In this document: positions 17,520-27,347 of the stretch, in pieces | Numbering within the stretch: position 1 is the first letter of the stretch | Layout: each line of letters begins with the position of its first letter | DNA from: Candidatus Amesbacteria bacterium | Lineage (GTDB): Bacteria > Patescibacteriota > Microgenomatia > CAZETR01 > Amesbacteraceae | Assembly (NCBI GenBank): GCA_027371535.1 | Contig: DAHXMV010000001.1 | Location: 32,879 to 96,878 of the forward strand | Length of the DNA stretch: 64,000 bases | Direction of reading: 5' to 3' | The notes under the pieces: generated by a model | Database searches by the model: none | What the model was told of the DNA's origin: nothing | The model's input: only the letters and a program-made list of their open reading frames with translations | Translations under genes and position numbers: made by a program

Positions 17520-20393
17520 TTATATCAACCGGACCTTAATCTCATCGCCGGCGATTATTTCCTGAGCTAGAGTCCTGAATTTGAGCTCATCTATGAAATC
17601 GGCATCGGCGGGCAACGGGGCAGTCAGAATAATTTTCTGATCAAGCCTGGCTCCGGCGGTCTTGCGGGCTTCCTGAACCTGTCTGATTAATTCCCTTAAT
17701 TCCCCTTCAGCCTGAAGACGGGGGGTAATTTTAATATCAACGTCAATTCTGGTTTCACCATCCTGATTAATCCAATCAAGATGTTTCATATTTACCTCAT
17801 CCAGAATCAACCGGCAGACTGATTCAGAAACCTGTTTTTGAGAAGAATAAACCTGTAAAAGATCCAAGGGCTGACGGACTTTGATCTGATTGATTTTTCT
17901 GAAAGACAGAACCATCTCCACAATTTTTCTAGCGGCCCGCATTTCATTAACAAGATTCACTTCTTTATCAGTCAGGCGGCTTTTTTTTGGCCAGCTGCTC
18001 AAATGGACCGATTCCTCTCCCGTAAGATTTTTGAATATGGATTCAGTAATAAAAGGATTAAAAGGGGCCATAATCCGGCATAATACCACTAACACAGTAT
18101 AAAGGGTCTGATGGCAATCAAGCTTATCTGTTTGATTAATTGAAGCAGGACCCACCCTGTCCCGCGAACGGCGGATATACCACAGCGACAGATCGGAAAC
18201 AAAATCCTGAATGGATAAACTGGCCGAAGCTGCGTTATATTTATCCAAAGATCCGGATACAGTATTGATGGTTTCTTTTAATCTGGCAAGTATCCATTCG
18301 TCCAGAACATTCCGCTTCGACGAAGACTTTTGAGCCGGTTTGAAATCATCAATATTTGCATACGTGACAAAGAAATTGTAAATATTCCAGAGCATAAGGT
18401 GAAATTGGCGGCGGGTTTCGTCGGCTTTTTTGTAGCCGAAAAGCAGATTATTTTCCGGATTCTGAAGGGTGAACATCCAACGCATGACATCAGCACCGAT
18501 TTCATCCGCTCCCTCGGAAAATTCAATCATATTCCCGGCAGATTTGTGCATTACCTGGCCTTTTTCGTCCAAAAGGGACGCAAAACCCAGCACTGTATCG
18601 GCCGGATGCGACTTTTTCAAAACCGTACTCATGGCAATTAACGAATAAAACCAGTTTTTAAACTGGCCGGGAAAGGATTCGGTAATGAAATCAGCCGGGA
18701 ACCAGTCTGCGGGCAGAGTGGAAACTCCGACCACGCCGGCGTCCAGCCAGGGATTACCCACATCGGGAATCCGGGAGATAATTTCACCGCAGTTACGGCA
18801 TTTGATTTTGACTTCATCAATCCAGGGTTTGTGAGGAGTATTACCCGCGAATTTATCCCAGCCGGAAACAGCCCGGCTCTGCAGTTCCTCTTTACTGCCG
18901 ATAATTTCAAATTTGTGGCAGACCGGACACTCGTATATCGGAAGGGCCAGACCCCAGTAACGGTTCTTTTTGGAAATCAGCCAGTCATGCATATTTTTAA
19001 GCCAGTCCATTTCCCGCCCCCTGCCAAAACCGGGCAGCCATTTGATTTTGCCGGCATAGCGCATCATCTGTTTCCGGTAGGTAGCCTGCTTTATATCCGT
19101 GGGGTCGGGCTGATCCATGGAAATGTACCATTCATCGGCTACTTTCCAAACCAATTCGGAACGGCAACGCCAACAGGCCGGGTAACGGTGGGTGTAAGAA
19201 AGCAGCCGGAATAAATATTCCCCACCCCGGAAATTTTTAAGGTAGTCAATGATAATTTCAGGATGCTTTTTGGCATTTTGACCTGTAAATTGGCCAAAAC
19301 CATCGAGATAATCCGCACTGTCATTAATGGCCGGAATTACCGGTAACCCCAGCTTCTTTCCCAATTTATGATCTTCTTCACCGGTACTTGTGGAGGTATG
19401 GACCAACCCGGTCCCTTCTTCGACAGTAATGGGCATCAGCAAATTATCCGTGGCAATGGAGATATGAAAATTATCGGGGAATTTATCCAAAGCCGACCTG
19501 ATGATCGGTAAATCATCAAACGGAGACAGGTAGTGCAATCCTACCAACTTTTTTCCGGGCAGGGTTTTTTTAATTTCCGACCCGGGGGCCACGCGGTCCA
19601 GAGTGCCTTTGGCTATCCAAACCTGTTTACCGTTTTCCCAGTCGATTAAAACATAATCCAACTGTTGGTCGACTGCCACAGCAGTATTGGCTGGCAGAGT
19701 CCAGGGAGTGGTGGTCCAAATAAGCAAATATTCATTCGGCCGTTCTTTTATCGGTAACGCCAGAAATACGGAGTCATGGGTGAGTTCCTTGTAATCCTCG
19801 GTTAATATTTCGTGCTGGGATATGGCAGTTTCACACCGGGGACACCAGGGAACCACATCATGGCCTTTATAAATCCAGCCCCGCTGCCAGCATTCTTTCA
19901 AAAAACCCCATATGGCATAATTATTTTCATCAGACATGGTGTAATAAGAATTGTCCCAGTCCATGAAGTAGCCTAATCGCCGGCTTTGTCCGGTCTGAAT
20001 GGCCGAATATTTCCAGACCCGGTCTTTACATTTATTAACAAAATTAGCTACACCGTATGTTTCGATATCTTTTTTAGATTTAAATCCCAATTCTTTTTCC
20101 ACCTCAACTTCCACCCATAAACCCTGACAGTCAAATCCGTTCTGATAACGGCCGGCGTCTCCCTTCATTGTGTGATAACGCTGCCATAAATCTTTGTACG
20201 TCCGGCCCCAGGCATGATGAACACCCATGGGATTATTGGCTGTTATCGGGCCATCCAGAAAAGAAAAGCGTTTTTTTGAAGAATCATTTTTGTGAAGATA
20301 TTTCCGGATGACACCCGAGTCGTTCCACCATTTCAATATTTCTCTTTCCAAAGCCGGGAAATCTACCTGAGAGGAAACGGGTGAAAAAGCCAT
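17520..20393 (-). CDS. ileS: Isoleucyl-tRNA synthetase, type 2
   Basis: DGPITANNPMGVHH, WTTTPWTLPAN, GTGLVH, DWLIS...RYWG, VMHKS, WYIRRSRDR. Confidence 0.95.
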   Translation of the reverse strand: MAFSPVSSQVDFPALEREILKWWNDSGVIRKYLHKNDSSKKRFSFLDGPITANNPMGVHHAWGRTYKDLWQRYHTMKGDAGRYQNGFDCQGLWVEVEVEKELGFKSKKDIETYGVANFVNKCKDRVWKYSAIQTGQSRRLGYFMDWDNSYYTMSDENNYAIWGFLKECWQRGWIYKGHDVVPWCPRCETAISQHEILTEDYKELTHDSVFLALPIKERPNEYLLIWTTTPWTLPANTAVAVDQQLDYVLIDWENGKQVWIAKGTLDRVAPGSEIKKTLPGKKLVGLHYLSPFDDLPIIRSALDKFPDNFHISIATDNLLMPITVEEGTGLVHTSTSTGEEDHKLGKKLGLPVIPAINDSADYLDGFGQFTGQNAKKHPEIIIDYLKNFRGGEYLFRLLSYTHRYPACWRCRSELVWKVADEWYISMDQPDPTDIKQATYRKQMMRYAGKIKWLPGFGRGREMDWLKNMHDWLISKKNRYWGLALPIYECPVCHKFEIIGSKEELQSRAVSGWDKFAGNTPHKPWIDEVKIKCRNCGEIISRIPDVGNPWLDAGVVGVSTLPADWFPADFITESFPGQFKNWFYSLIAMSTVLKKSHPADTVLGFASLLDEKGQVMHKSAGNMIEFSEGADEIGADVMRWMFTLQNPENNLLFGYKKADETRRQFHLMLWNIYNFFVTYANIDDFKPAQKSSSKRNVLDEWILARLKETINTVSGSLDKYNAASASLSIQDFVSDLSLWYIRRSRDRVGPASINQTDKLDCHQTLYTVLVVLCRIMAPFNPFITESIFKNLTGEESVHLSSWPKKSRLTDKEVNLVNEMRAARKIVEMVLSFRKINQIKVRQPLDLLQVYSSQKQVSESVCRLILDEVNMKHLDWINQDGETRIDVDIKITPRLQAEGELRELIRQVQEARKTAGARLDQKIILTAPLPADADFIDELKFRTLAQEIIAGDEIKVRLI

Positions 20394-20421
20394 GCAATTA
20401 TTTTACAACAAAATCAGCTAA

Positions 20422-21651
20422 TCACCTGCCCTGGCGCAGGAATGCGGGGATGTCCCAGTCATCTTCTTCAGAGGTGGCCGCAGGTTCAGTAGGTGATGAC
20501 ACTGCAGGAGGAGGATTTTGGTCGGCCGGGACAGCCGGTTGGACAGATGAGGGCTGAGTTGCGGGTTCTTCAGTCTGGCGGGTGGCAGAAATAGGCCGGC
20601 CGCTTCTGGGTTTTTCGCTTATGATACCGACTGAAATCTGATCTCCGGTATGGACCGGGCGGTTTCTGGTCATCATGCTGGCCAGCCGGGAACGGGTCTC
20701 ATCAAATCCTGTAGCTATGACCGTAATTTTCATCTGGTCAACCAGCTTATCATTGATGGCAGCTCCGAAAATAATATTAGCATCGGCATCGGCGGCCTCG
20801 GAAATAATCCTGGCAGCTTCATCAACCTCGATCATGGTCATGTCAGGACCACCGACAATGTTGAATAAGACCCCTTTGGCCCCTTCAATGGAAACTTCCA
20901 AGAGCGGCGAGGAGACTGCGGCTCTAGCCGCCATTTGGGACCTGTTTTCCCCAACCCCGGTACCGATTCCCATCAAGGCTGAACCGGCATCATTCATAAT
21001 GGCTTTGACATCCGCAAAATCGACATTTATCAGGCCCGGCATAGTAATGATGTCGGAAATACCCTGCACACCCTGAGTAAGGACGGAGTCGGCTACCCGG
21101 AAAGCCTCCAAAAGAGTCATTTTCCGGTCCACCACATCCATTAAGCGCTGGTTGGGAATCACAATCAGGGTGTCAACTTTTTCCTTAAGTTTATTGATTC
21201 CGTCCTCCGCATTAACCATCCGCCGGGCGCCTTCAAAAGCAAATGGCTTGGTGACTATTGCCACTGTCAGGGCCCCGATTTCTTTGGCGACTTCGGCAAT
21301 GATCGGGGCAGCCCCGGTGCCCGTTCCCCCACCCATTCCGGCAGTGATAAAAACCATATCCGAATCCACCAGAAATTCCTTTATTTTCTCCCGTGATTCT
21401 TCCGCGGCCTGAGAACCAATTTCCGGATTGCCGCCGGATCCCAAACCTTTAGTCAGATTTTCACCAATCTGTAATTTGCTCTCCGCCAGATTGGTCAATA
21501 ACACCTGGGCATCGGTATTGACCGCAATAAAATCCACTCCGTTTATAGCCCCAACGCTGATCATGGAATTTAAAGCATTACCACCACCACCACCCACTCC
21601 AATCACTTTTATTCTGGCTAAACGACCGACATCTGGTTTAACAAGCGCCAC
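20422..21651 (-). CDS. ftsZ: Cell division protein FtsZ
   Basis: [29 protein letters not shown]-terminal DIPAFLR. Confidence 0.98.
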   Translation of the reverse strand: MALVKPDVGRLARIKVIGVGGGGGNALNSMISVGAINGVDFIAVNTDAQVLLTNLAESKLQIGENLTKGLGSGGNPEIGSQAAEESREKIKEFLVDSDMVFITAGMGGGTGTGAAPIIAEVAKEIGALTVAIVTKPFAFEGARRMVNAEDGINKLKEKVDTLIVIPNQRLMDVVDRKMTLLEAFRVADSVLTQGVQGISDIITMPGLINVDFADVKAIMNDAGSALMGIGTGVGENRSQMAARAAVSSPLLEVSIEGAKGVLFNIVGGPDMTMIEVDEAARIISEAADADANIIFGAAINDKLVDQMKITVIATGFDETRSRLASMMTRNRPVHTGDQISVGIISEKPRSGRPISATRQTEEPATQPSSVQPAVPADQNPPPAVSSPTEPAATSEEDDWDIPAFLRQGR

Positions 21652-21750
21652 GGTTTTTGACAGTTAAATATTATTCTAACTTCGAGGCAGGTCCCAACAT
21701 AACAGATAATCTCGGGCGAAGCAAGTTGGTCTTTATTCTACCAATGTAAT

Positions 21751-23019
21751 TCAAGGTAGTAAAGACTTAATCCAACCACCGACTTTACCTATAAATCCCT
21801 TTCCGGAAATTTTATCCATTCCGGGCAATGAAGGCAAACTGATCCCCGTACCCATATTCTGACCATCGTCGAACAGATTTTTAGCATTTTTGATTAAACC
21901 CACCGAAACGGCAAAGGAGGGATTATCAATTTCATCTACCAATCCGGACAAATCAGTCGGAACGCCGATCCTGACAGTACTACCCATAATGCGTTTGGCA
22001 GAATCAATCAATCCGACGGTCAAAGCGCCCCCCCCGGTGATTACCAAACCTGACGGGGTAAGACCTGCCAGACCACTTTTTTTCAGTTCACCGGCTACCA
22101 GCTGGAACATTTCGTTCAGGCGGGGACGGATAATACCCTCTACCAGGGTTTTTCGGGAAATGGTTTTTAATTCCTCAGGTAAATTGAGACCGGAAATATC
22201 AATTTCATCCTCCCTGGATTTATCTTTGCCCATAAACATTTTTAAAGCTTCGGCACTTTCCAAAGAGACTCTTAAACCGGCAGCCAAATCTTTGGTAACA
22301 TTGGCAGCACCCACCGGAATTACATGCGAATAAGACAAAGCCCCTTCGACGTAGATGGCCAGACTCATAGTACCCCCGCCAATATCCACTAAAATTACCC
22401 CCAATTCCCTTTCGGTGTCAGAGAGAACCGCTTCACCGGCTGCCAACCCGGAAAAAACCAATCCGGAGACATCACAACCGATTTCACTGACACATTTGGT
22501 CAGGTTCCTGATTACCGGAGCCGAACCGGTAATGATGTGGGTATCTACTTCCAGGCGAACCCCGGTCATACCTACGGGATCTTTGACGCCCTCCTGATTA
22601 TCAACGGTGTATTCCCGCGGCAGGACATGTATAATTTCCGAAGAAACCGGTAAAGATACGGCCCGGGCCGCCTCCAAAACGCGACGGCTGTCTTCGGCTG
22701 TAATTTCGCCCTGAGGCTGGGCAACAGCAACAACACCATGACTGTTTTGAGAACTGATATGCGCACCACCGACGGAAACCCAGGCCTTGGAAATGTTGTA
22801 GCCAGCCATCCTTTCGGCAGCTTCCACAGCTTCATTAATTGACGTGACGGCCTCTTCAATATTCACAATCTGACCTTTTCTGACACCCTTGGATTTGGCC
22901 GAAGCTGCTCCGACGATATGGATTTTTGAGGTTGATTCGTCGTCACGATATTGGGCAATCAGGACGGCTGTTTTGGAACTGCCAATGTCTATACTAGAAA
23001 TTACTTTGCTCTTGGCCAT
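21751..23019 (-). CDS. ftsA: Cell division protein FtsA
   Basis: DIGSSK, GVRKGQIVN, VDIGGGT, VITGGGA. Confidence 0.97.
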   Translation of the reverse strand: MAKSKVISSIDIGSSKTAVLIAQYRDDESTSKIHIVGAASAKSKGVRKGQIVNIEEAVTSINEAVEAAERMAGYNISKAWVSVGGAHISSQNSHGVVAVAQPQGEITAEDSRRVLEAARAVSLPVSSEIIHVLPREYTVDNQEGVKDPVGMTGVRLEVDTHIITGSAPVIRNLTKCVSEIGCDVSGLVFSGLAAGEAVLSDTERELGVILVDIGGGTMSLAIYVEGALSYSHVIPVGAANVTKDLAAGLRVSLESAEALKMFMGKDKSREDEIDISGLNLPEELKTISRKTLVEGIIRPRLNEMFQLVAGELKKSGLAGLTPSGLVITGGGALTVGLIDSAKRIMGSTVRIGVPTDLSGLVDEIDNPSFAVSVGLIKNAKNLFDDGQNMGTGISLPSLPGMDKISGKGFIGKVGGWIKSLLP

Positions 23020-23028
23020 TATGTATTT

Positions 23029-23745
23029 TTAAAAAGTGACGATAGGACTGTTAAATCTAAGATCGATAACCTTCGGCATTTTCGATTGTATTTTACTTCT
23101 GGTTAAAATGACTTGTAAAGTAGTATACCAGTTTGATGTCATTTGAGACAGATCCAGAAGAACGGTCACGTTTTGGGGAAAAAAAACTGACAAAATATGG
23201 TTATCTATTTTCCCGATTAACCGGTTATCCGGTAAGCCGCTCATCTGGTCCAGAATTTTAATGGCATTTATCTGGTCGGCATTTAAGACAGATCCGGGTT
23301 TTACGAGATCGGAAAATAAAAGCAGCGGCAAACCCGGATTTTCAGACTGATATAAAATAACTCCTTCATCATCAGCGGCAACATGAGCTCCTAAAACCCG
23401 GGGGCCGATCAGAACCGCCGGCTTTCTGATTTCCAGGCTTAAGACCAGAGTCCGGGGTAAACGCCGGTATAGATGAATTGTTTTAATCTCCGGAAACTGC
23501 CTGAGATCATTTTCCACCTCCTTTTGCGGCAGGGATTTTAAAAGGGGGGTATTTAATAGCCATTTTACCGAACCGATAATCCGGGGCGGACAAGAGCCAT
23601 ATTGGGTATAACATTCCAAATTCCGGGCGTAAAAAACCAAATTGGATTTAGACCATAAAAACCAGGTAAAAAATATCAAAATCAAAAACCTGCCGATTTT
23701 GAAGATAATTTTACTTTTTCTGTTGGAATACCGATGCGAATTCAT
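23029..23745 (-). CDS. ftsQ: FtsQ/DivIB-like protein
   Basis: One TM, POTRA-like region (RRLPRTLVL), C-terminal IDLRF; lies between murG and ftsA. Confidence 0.75.
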   Translation of the reverse strand: MNSHRYSNRKSKIIFKIGRFLILIFFTWFLWSKSNLVFYARNLECYTQYGSCPPRIIGSVKWLLNTPLLKSLPQKEVENDLRQFPEIKTIHLYRRLPRTLVLSLEIRKPAVLIGPRVLGAHVAADDEGVILYQSENPGLPLLLFSDLVKPGSVLNADQINAIKILDQMSGLPDNRLIGKIDNHILSVFFPQNVTVLLDLSQMTSNWYTTLQVILTRSKIQSKMPKVIDLRFNSPIVTF

Positions 23746-23748
23746 AAT

Positions 23749-24858
23749 TTATGCAAATGTTTGTTCAATTAATTGAAGCATGTTTTCCATTCCGTTCAGG
23801 TTCAGATGCATGGCCTCTGGTTTGAGTTGTTTGGCAGATGTTATGGCCTGCAGCAAGTTGCTCCCGGTAAGCTGTGATTGAGGTAAAATCACTGCCTGAT
23901 GATTTTGTACCAATAACCGGGCATTTTTGTTTTGCTCATCATGTGAAGACCAGGGAATGGGAATCAAAACACATTTACAACCAAACAGGGCCAATTCATG
24001 GATAATATGCGCGCCCGACCGGCTGACCACAACGTCGGCTTCAGTTAAAACCCCGGCCACCAGGGAAGAATCAAGATAATTATAAATCTGATAAGATGAT
24101 TTAAGATTGTCCGGTAATAATTTTTGCAGTCTGATGGCCTCCTGATAATCATTAAAGGCCGATGAAGACCCGGTCTGGTGAATGACAGTATAAATTCTGA
24201 GTAATTCGGTCAATACTGAGAAGACAGCTAAATTAATGACGTGAGAGCCCTGTTTACCTCCGGTGATATAGATCCTGGCCGGAATAATATGTCCGGCGTT
24301 TTTTGATTTTAAATTCTTAATTATCTCCGGGCGAATCGGCAAGCCGGTTACTACTGATTTTCGCCGGGGATAGTGATTTTGGCTTTGGGACCAGGTAAGG
24401 GCAATTTTTTTGGCAAATAAAGCAATAAATCTGTTGGCCCAACCGGCGGTTACGGTTTGTTCGTGAGCTATCACAGGTATCCCGAGAAGCCATCCGGAAA
24501 ATACAACCGGGACTCCCAGATAACCGCCAAAAGTGACTATACCTTTTAACCCCGTCCGGTATTTAATTTTCAGTCGTAACAGATAAATAAATGCCGATAT
24601 AAATCCGACAGGCAAACGGAAAAGTTTTAAGGGATGGTAGGTATGGTAAATTTTTCCGGCCTTAAGATCATAAAAATCTATATCTGCTGCCCTGACTTCC
24701 CTGAATTCAGCCGAGACTGATTTATCCTGCCATTGACTGAATTTGTGACCAATCCAAAAAATTCGCCAGCCGTCTGATTGTAATTTCTGAGCCAGGGCCA
24801 AAGCACTGGTGTGATGTCCGCCGGTAAAAACCAGGCAACGGGTGGGGTTATTGTTCAT
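23749..24858 (-). CDS. murG: MurG glycosyltransferase (GT28)
   Basis: TGGH, FGGY, HEQ, TGLPIR, GGKQGS, SRSGA, EQNKNA. Confidence 0.92.
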   Translation of the reverse strand: MNNNPTRCLVFTGGHHTSALALAQKLQSDGWRIFWIGHKFSQWQDKSVSAEFREVRAADIDFYDLKAGKIYHTYHPLKLFRLPVGFISAFIYLLRLKIKYRTGLKGIVTFGGYLGVPVVFSGWLLGIPVIAHEQTVTAGWANRFIALFAKKIALTWSQSQNHYPRRKSVVTGLPIRPEIIKNLKSKNAGHIIPARIYITGGKQGSHVINLAVFSVLTELLRIYTVIHQTGSSSAFNDYQEAIRLQKLLPDNLKSSYQIYNYLDSSLVAGVLTEADVVVSRSGAHIIHELALFGCKCVLIPIPWSSHDEQNKNARLLVQNHQAVILPQSQLTGSNLLQAITSAKQLKPEAMHLNLNGMENMLQLIEQTFA

Positions 24859-25915
24859 AACTTCTGGCTATATTTACCAGTATACCGGTTGCCACCAACA
24901 TTATCAGTAAAGAAGAACCGCCATAAGAAATGTAGGTCAACGGTATACCGGTTAAGGGAAATAGAGCGGTAATGGCTGAAATATTTATAAAGGCCTGAAT
25001 CCCGATCATCGAGGTCAGACAGACTGCCAGATTCTGAGAAAATCCCATAGCTGCTTCCCCGGCGGAGTTAAAACCGCGTAATATCAGAATTAAAAAGGCT
25101 AATAACAAGGCGGATGAACCTACCAAACCCAATTCTTCACCGATAATTGCAAAAATGGAATCAGTGGTAGCTTCCGGCAGAAAATTATATTTCTGACGGG
25201 ACTGGCCCAGTCCCAGACCAAACAGATTGCCTGAACCCAAAGCAATTAAGGCCTGGTGAATCTGGTAAGAAGACCCCAGAGGATCCTTCCTGGTATTAAA
25301 ATAAGATTCTAAACGACTGAGACGGTACGGAGAGACAATAACCATTAACATGACTGCCAACAAGCCGAGTACGGAAAAACCGGCCAAATACCGGATACGA
25401 CCTCCGCTGCCAAAATAAGTTAAAAACCCCATGCCAATAATGACCAGGGTCGTACCTAAATCCGGTTCCAATACAATCAAGAGACTGACCAAGCCCAAAG
25501 TGAAAAAGAACGGCAAATATTTTTTTTTCGTACTTAATAAAGTCGAAAAGTAGATGGCCATGGTTAATTTCGCCAATTCGCTGGGCTGAAGTAAAAAAAA
25601 TCCCAGATTAATCCAGCGGCGGGCCCCCTGGAGCTTCACCCCGATACCGGGTATTAATACCAATAGCAAGAGAAATACCGTAACGACAAAAAATGGAAAG
25701 GCATACTTTTTAAATATCTGGTGATTTATCCTGCTGAACAGGAAAAACAGTCCCAAACCCAGGATGGCCCATATACTCTGGAGTTTGAGATAATACCATT
25801 TATCCCCGAAATCCCTGGCAGCATCGACCACTGAAGCGCTGTCGATCATGATCAGGCCAAAAAAAGTCAGTCCTATTGTAATCAGAGTTAAAGTCCGGGA
25901 ATTGGGCATAACCAT
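24848..25915 (-). CDS. ftsW: SEDS protein FtsW
   Basis: GARRWI, QPSELAK, EPDLGT, GQSRQK, LPEATTDSIF; start at 25915 or 25909. Confidence 0.92.
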   Translation of the reverse strand: MVMPNSRTLTLITIGLTFFGLIMIDSASVVDAARDFGDKWYYLKLQSIWAILGLGLFFLFSRINHQIFKKYAFPFFVVTVFLLLLVLIPGIGVKLQGARRWINLGFFLLQPSELAKLTMAIYFSTLLSTKKKYLPFFFTLGLVSLLIVLEPDLGTTLVIIGMGFLTYFGSGGRIRYLAGFSVLGLLAVMLMVIVSPYRLSRLESYFNTRKDPLGSSYQIHQALIALGSGNLFGLGLGQSRQKYNFLPEATTDSIFAIIGEELGLVGSSALLLAFLILILRGFNSAGEAAMGFSQNLAVCLTSMIGIQAFINISAITALFPLTGIPLTYISYGGSSLLIMLVATGILVNIARSYEQ

Positions 25916-25919
25916 ATGA

Positions 25920-26969
25920 TCAGAAATTGGCAAACCACAAGCCAAGCATGGCAGTAAAAATTGCCAAAAGCCAAAGACGCATCACAATTTTCGGTTCGGG
26001 CCAGCCATGGTTTTCCAGCCAGTAATGTACCGGGGTGACGGAAAATAACTTCCGCCCAGTCACCCTGAGAAAGAGAATTTGCAGAATTTGAGAACCGCCT
26101 TCCAGCAAAAATACCGTTCCGACGATCAACAAAGGAAAAGATTTACCCAATATCAGGGCGATGACTGCCAAAGTAGCCCCAAAAGACAAACTGCCGGCGT
26201 TACCAAGCCAGATCCTGGCCGGGAAGACATTGAAATAAAGAAATGCGAGTAAACCGCCGATCCAAAGAGCAATAAAAACCGACAGAACCGTATCCAGCGC
26301 TGCCAGCGACAAGCCCCAAAAAGCCAGTAAACCAAAAAGCAAAACGCCTGTAGCCAGTCCATCCAGACCGTCCGTAATATCGTATGATTTACAAAATACG
26401 GAAACGATAATAGCGGCCAGAGGAATATAAGTCCAACCCAATTTAATGACACCAAATCCCGGAATATGCACCAGACTGATACCAACATTGAAGTACAATA
26501 TCGAAGCTACAACTACGGACAATATAAATATAAAAACAGTTTTACTGCCCGGCCAGACTGAAACCCGGCTGGTCTTTTTCGGCAGATTAAATATTTTCTT
26601 TATGTCGTCATATAAACCCAGCAGCCCAAAGGCAATAAAAGTGAAAAACAGCAGGTTTAATTCTTCTTTAAAATCAAATACGCTGGTAATAGTAATACCC
26701 AGCTTTCCCAAATAACCGTACAGCACCAGATAAAGAAACGACACCAGAAATATCAGCAGAATTCCACCACCTATAGGAGTACCGATTTTCCAACTTTGAT
26801 TTTGATTAATAACCTGAAACTCCTGACTTTCCTGAGGAGTCAGGGCCGGGATGGGCCGATGATAAGTCAGGTGAAGCTTATACAGGAGATCGATAAACGG
26901 AACGGTGGCGATGCTGGTAACAATAAAGGAGAAAATCAGGATACCAAGATATAAAGCAAGAGGATTCAT
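25920..26969 (-). CDS. mraY: MraY-family protein with degenerate catalytic motifs
   Basis: GTPIGGG, GLYDD, TDGLDGLA, NVFPARI and GWPEPKIVMR are present, but WLGNAGS and PVHYW replace FMGDxGS and PxHHH. Confidence 0.85.
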   Translation of the reverse strand: MNPLALYLGILIFSFIVTSIATVPFIDLLYKLHLTYHRPIPALTPQESQEFQVINQNQSWKIGTPIGGGILLIFLVSFLYLVLYGYLGKLGITITSVFDFKEELNLLFFTFIAFGLLGLYDDIKKIFNLPKKTSRVSVWPGSKTVFIFILSVVVASILYFNVGISLVHIPGFGVIKLGWTYIPLAAIIVSVFCKSYDITDGLDGLATGVLLFGLLAFWGLSLAALDTVLSVFIALWIGGLLAFLYFNVFPARIWLGNAGSLSFGATLAVIALILGKSFPLLIVGTVFLLEGGSQILQILFLRVTGRKLFSVTPVHYWLENHGWPEPKIVMRLWLLAIFTAMLGLWFANF

Positions 26970-26973
26970 GACT

Positions 26974-27324
26974 TTAAGGAAAAAGCCTGGGGAGAAAAAT
27001 CACGGCGGCGATTAAAACGGAAAAAACTGAAAATACCAACATCGCACCGGCCGAGGTGTCCTTGGCAAATTTAGCCAACAGGTTATATTCCTGCGTAAGC
27101 AGATCAACGGTAAATTCGATGGCTGTATTGATAAGTTCGATAGCCAGACCGGTGGCAATAACAAATAAAATCACCGCCCATTCCAATCCGGATATATGAA
27201 GCAGAAACCCCAGAATTACCGGAATTGATGATAAAACGAGATGTATTTTAAAATTCGGCTGGGTTCTGAAACCGGTGATAATTCCGTCCCAGGCGTGCCG
27301 GAAAGAAATATGGTGTTTTTTCAT
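26974..27324 (-). CDS. dgkA: Diacylglycerol/undecaprenol kinase (DgkA family)
   Basis: SFRHAWDGI, NFKIH, ELINTAIE..VD, AKD.SAGA; start reassigned to MKKHH. Confidence 0.9.
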   Translation of the reverse strand: MKKHHISFRHAWDGIITGFRTQPNFKIHLVLSSIPVILGFLLHISGLEWAVILFVIATGLAIELINTAIEFTVDLLTQEYNLLAKFAKDTSAGAMLVFSVFSVLIAAVIFLPRLFP

Positions 27325-27347
27325 AACGGGAACTATATAATTATATA

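Noticed and set aside
20650-22597. Long plus-strand ORFs opposite ftsZ and ftsA (and similar ones opposite ileS, ftsI and the GT genes)
   Set aside because: Antisense shadows of conserved genes with no protein-like motifs.
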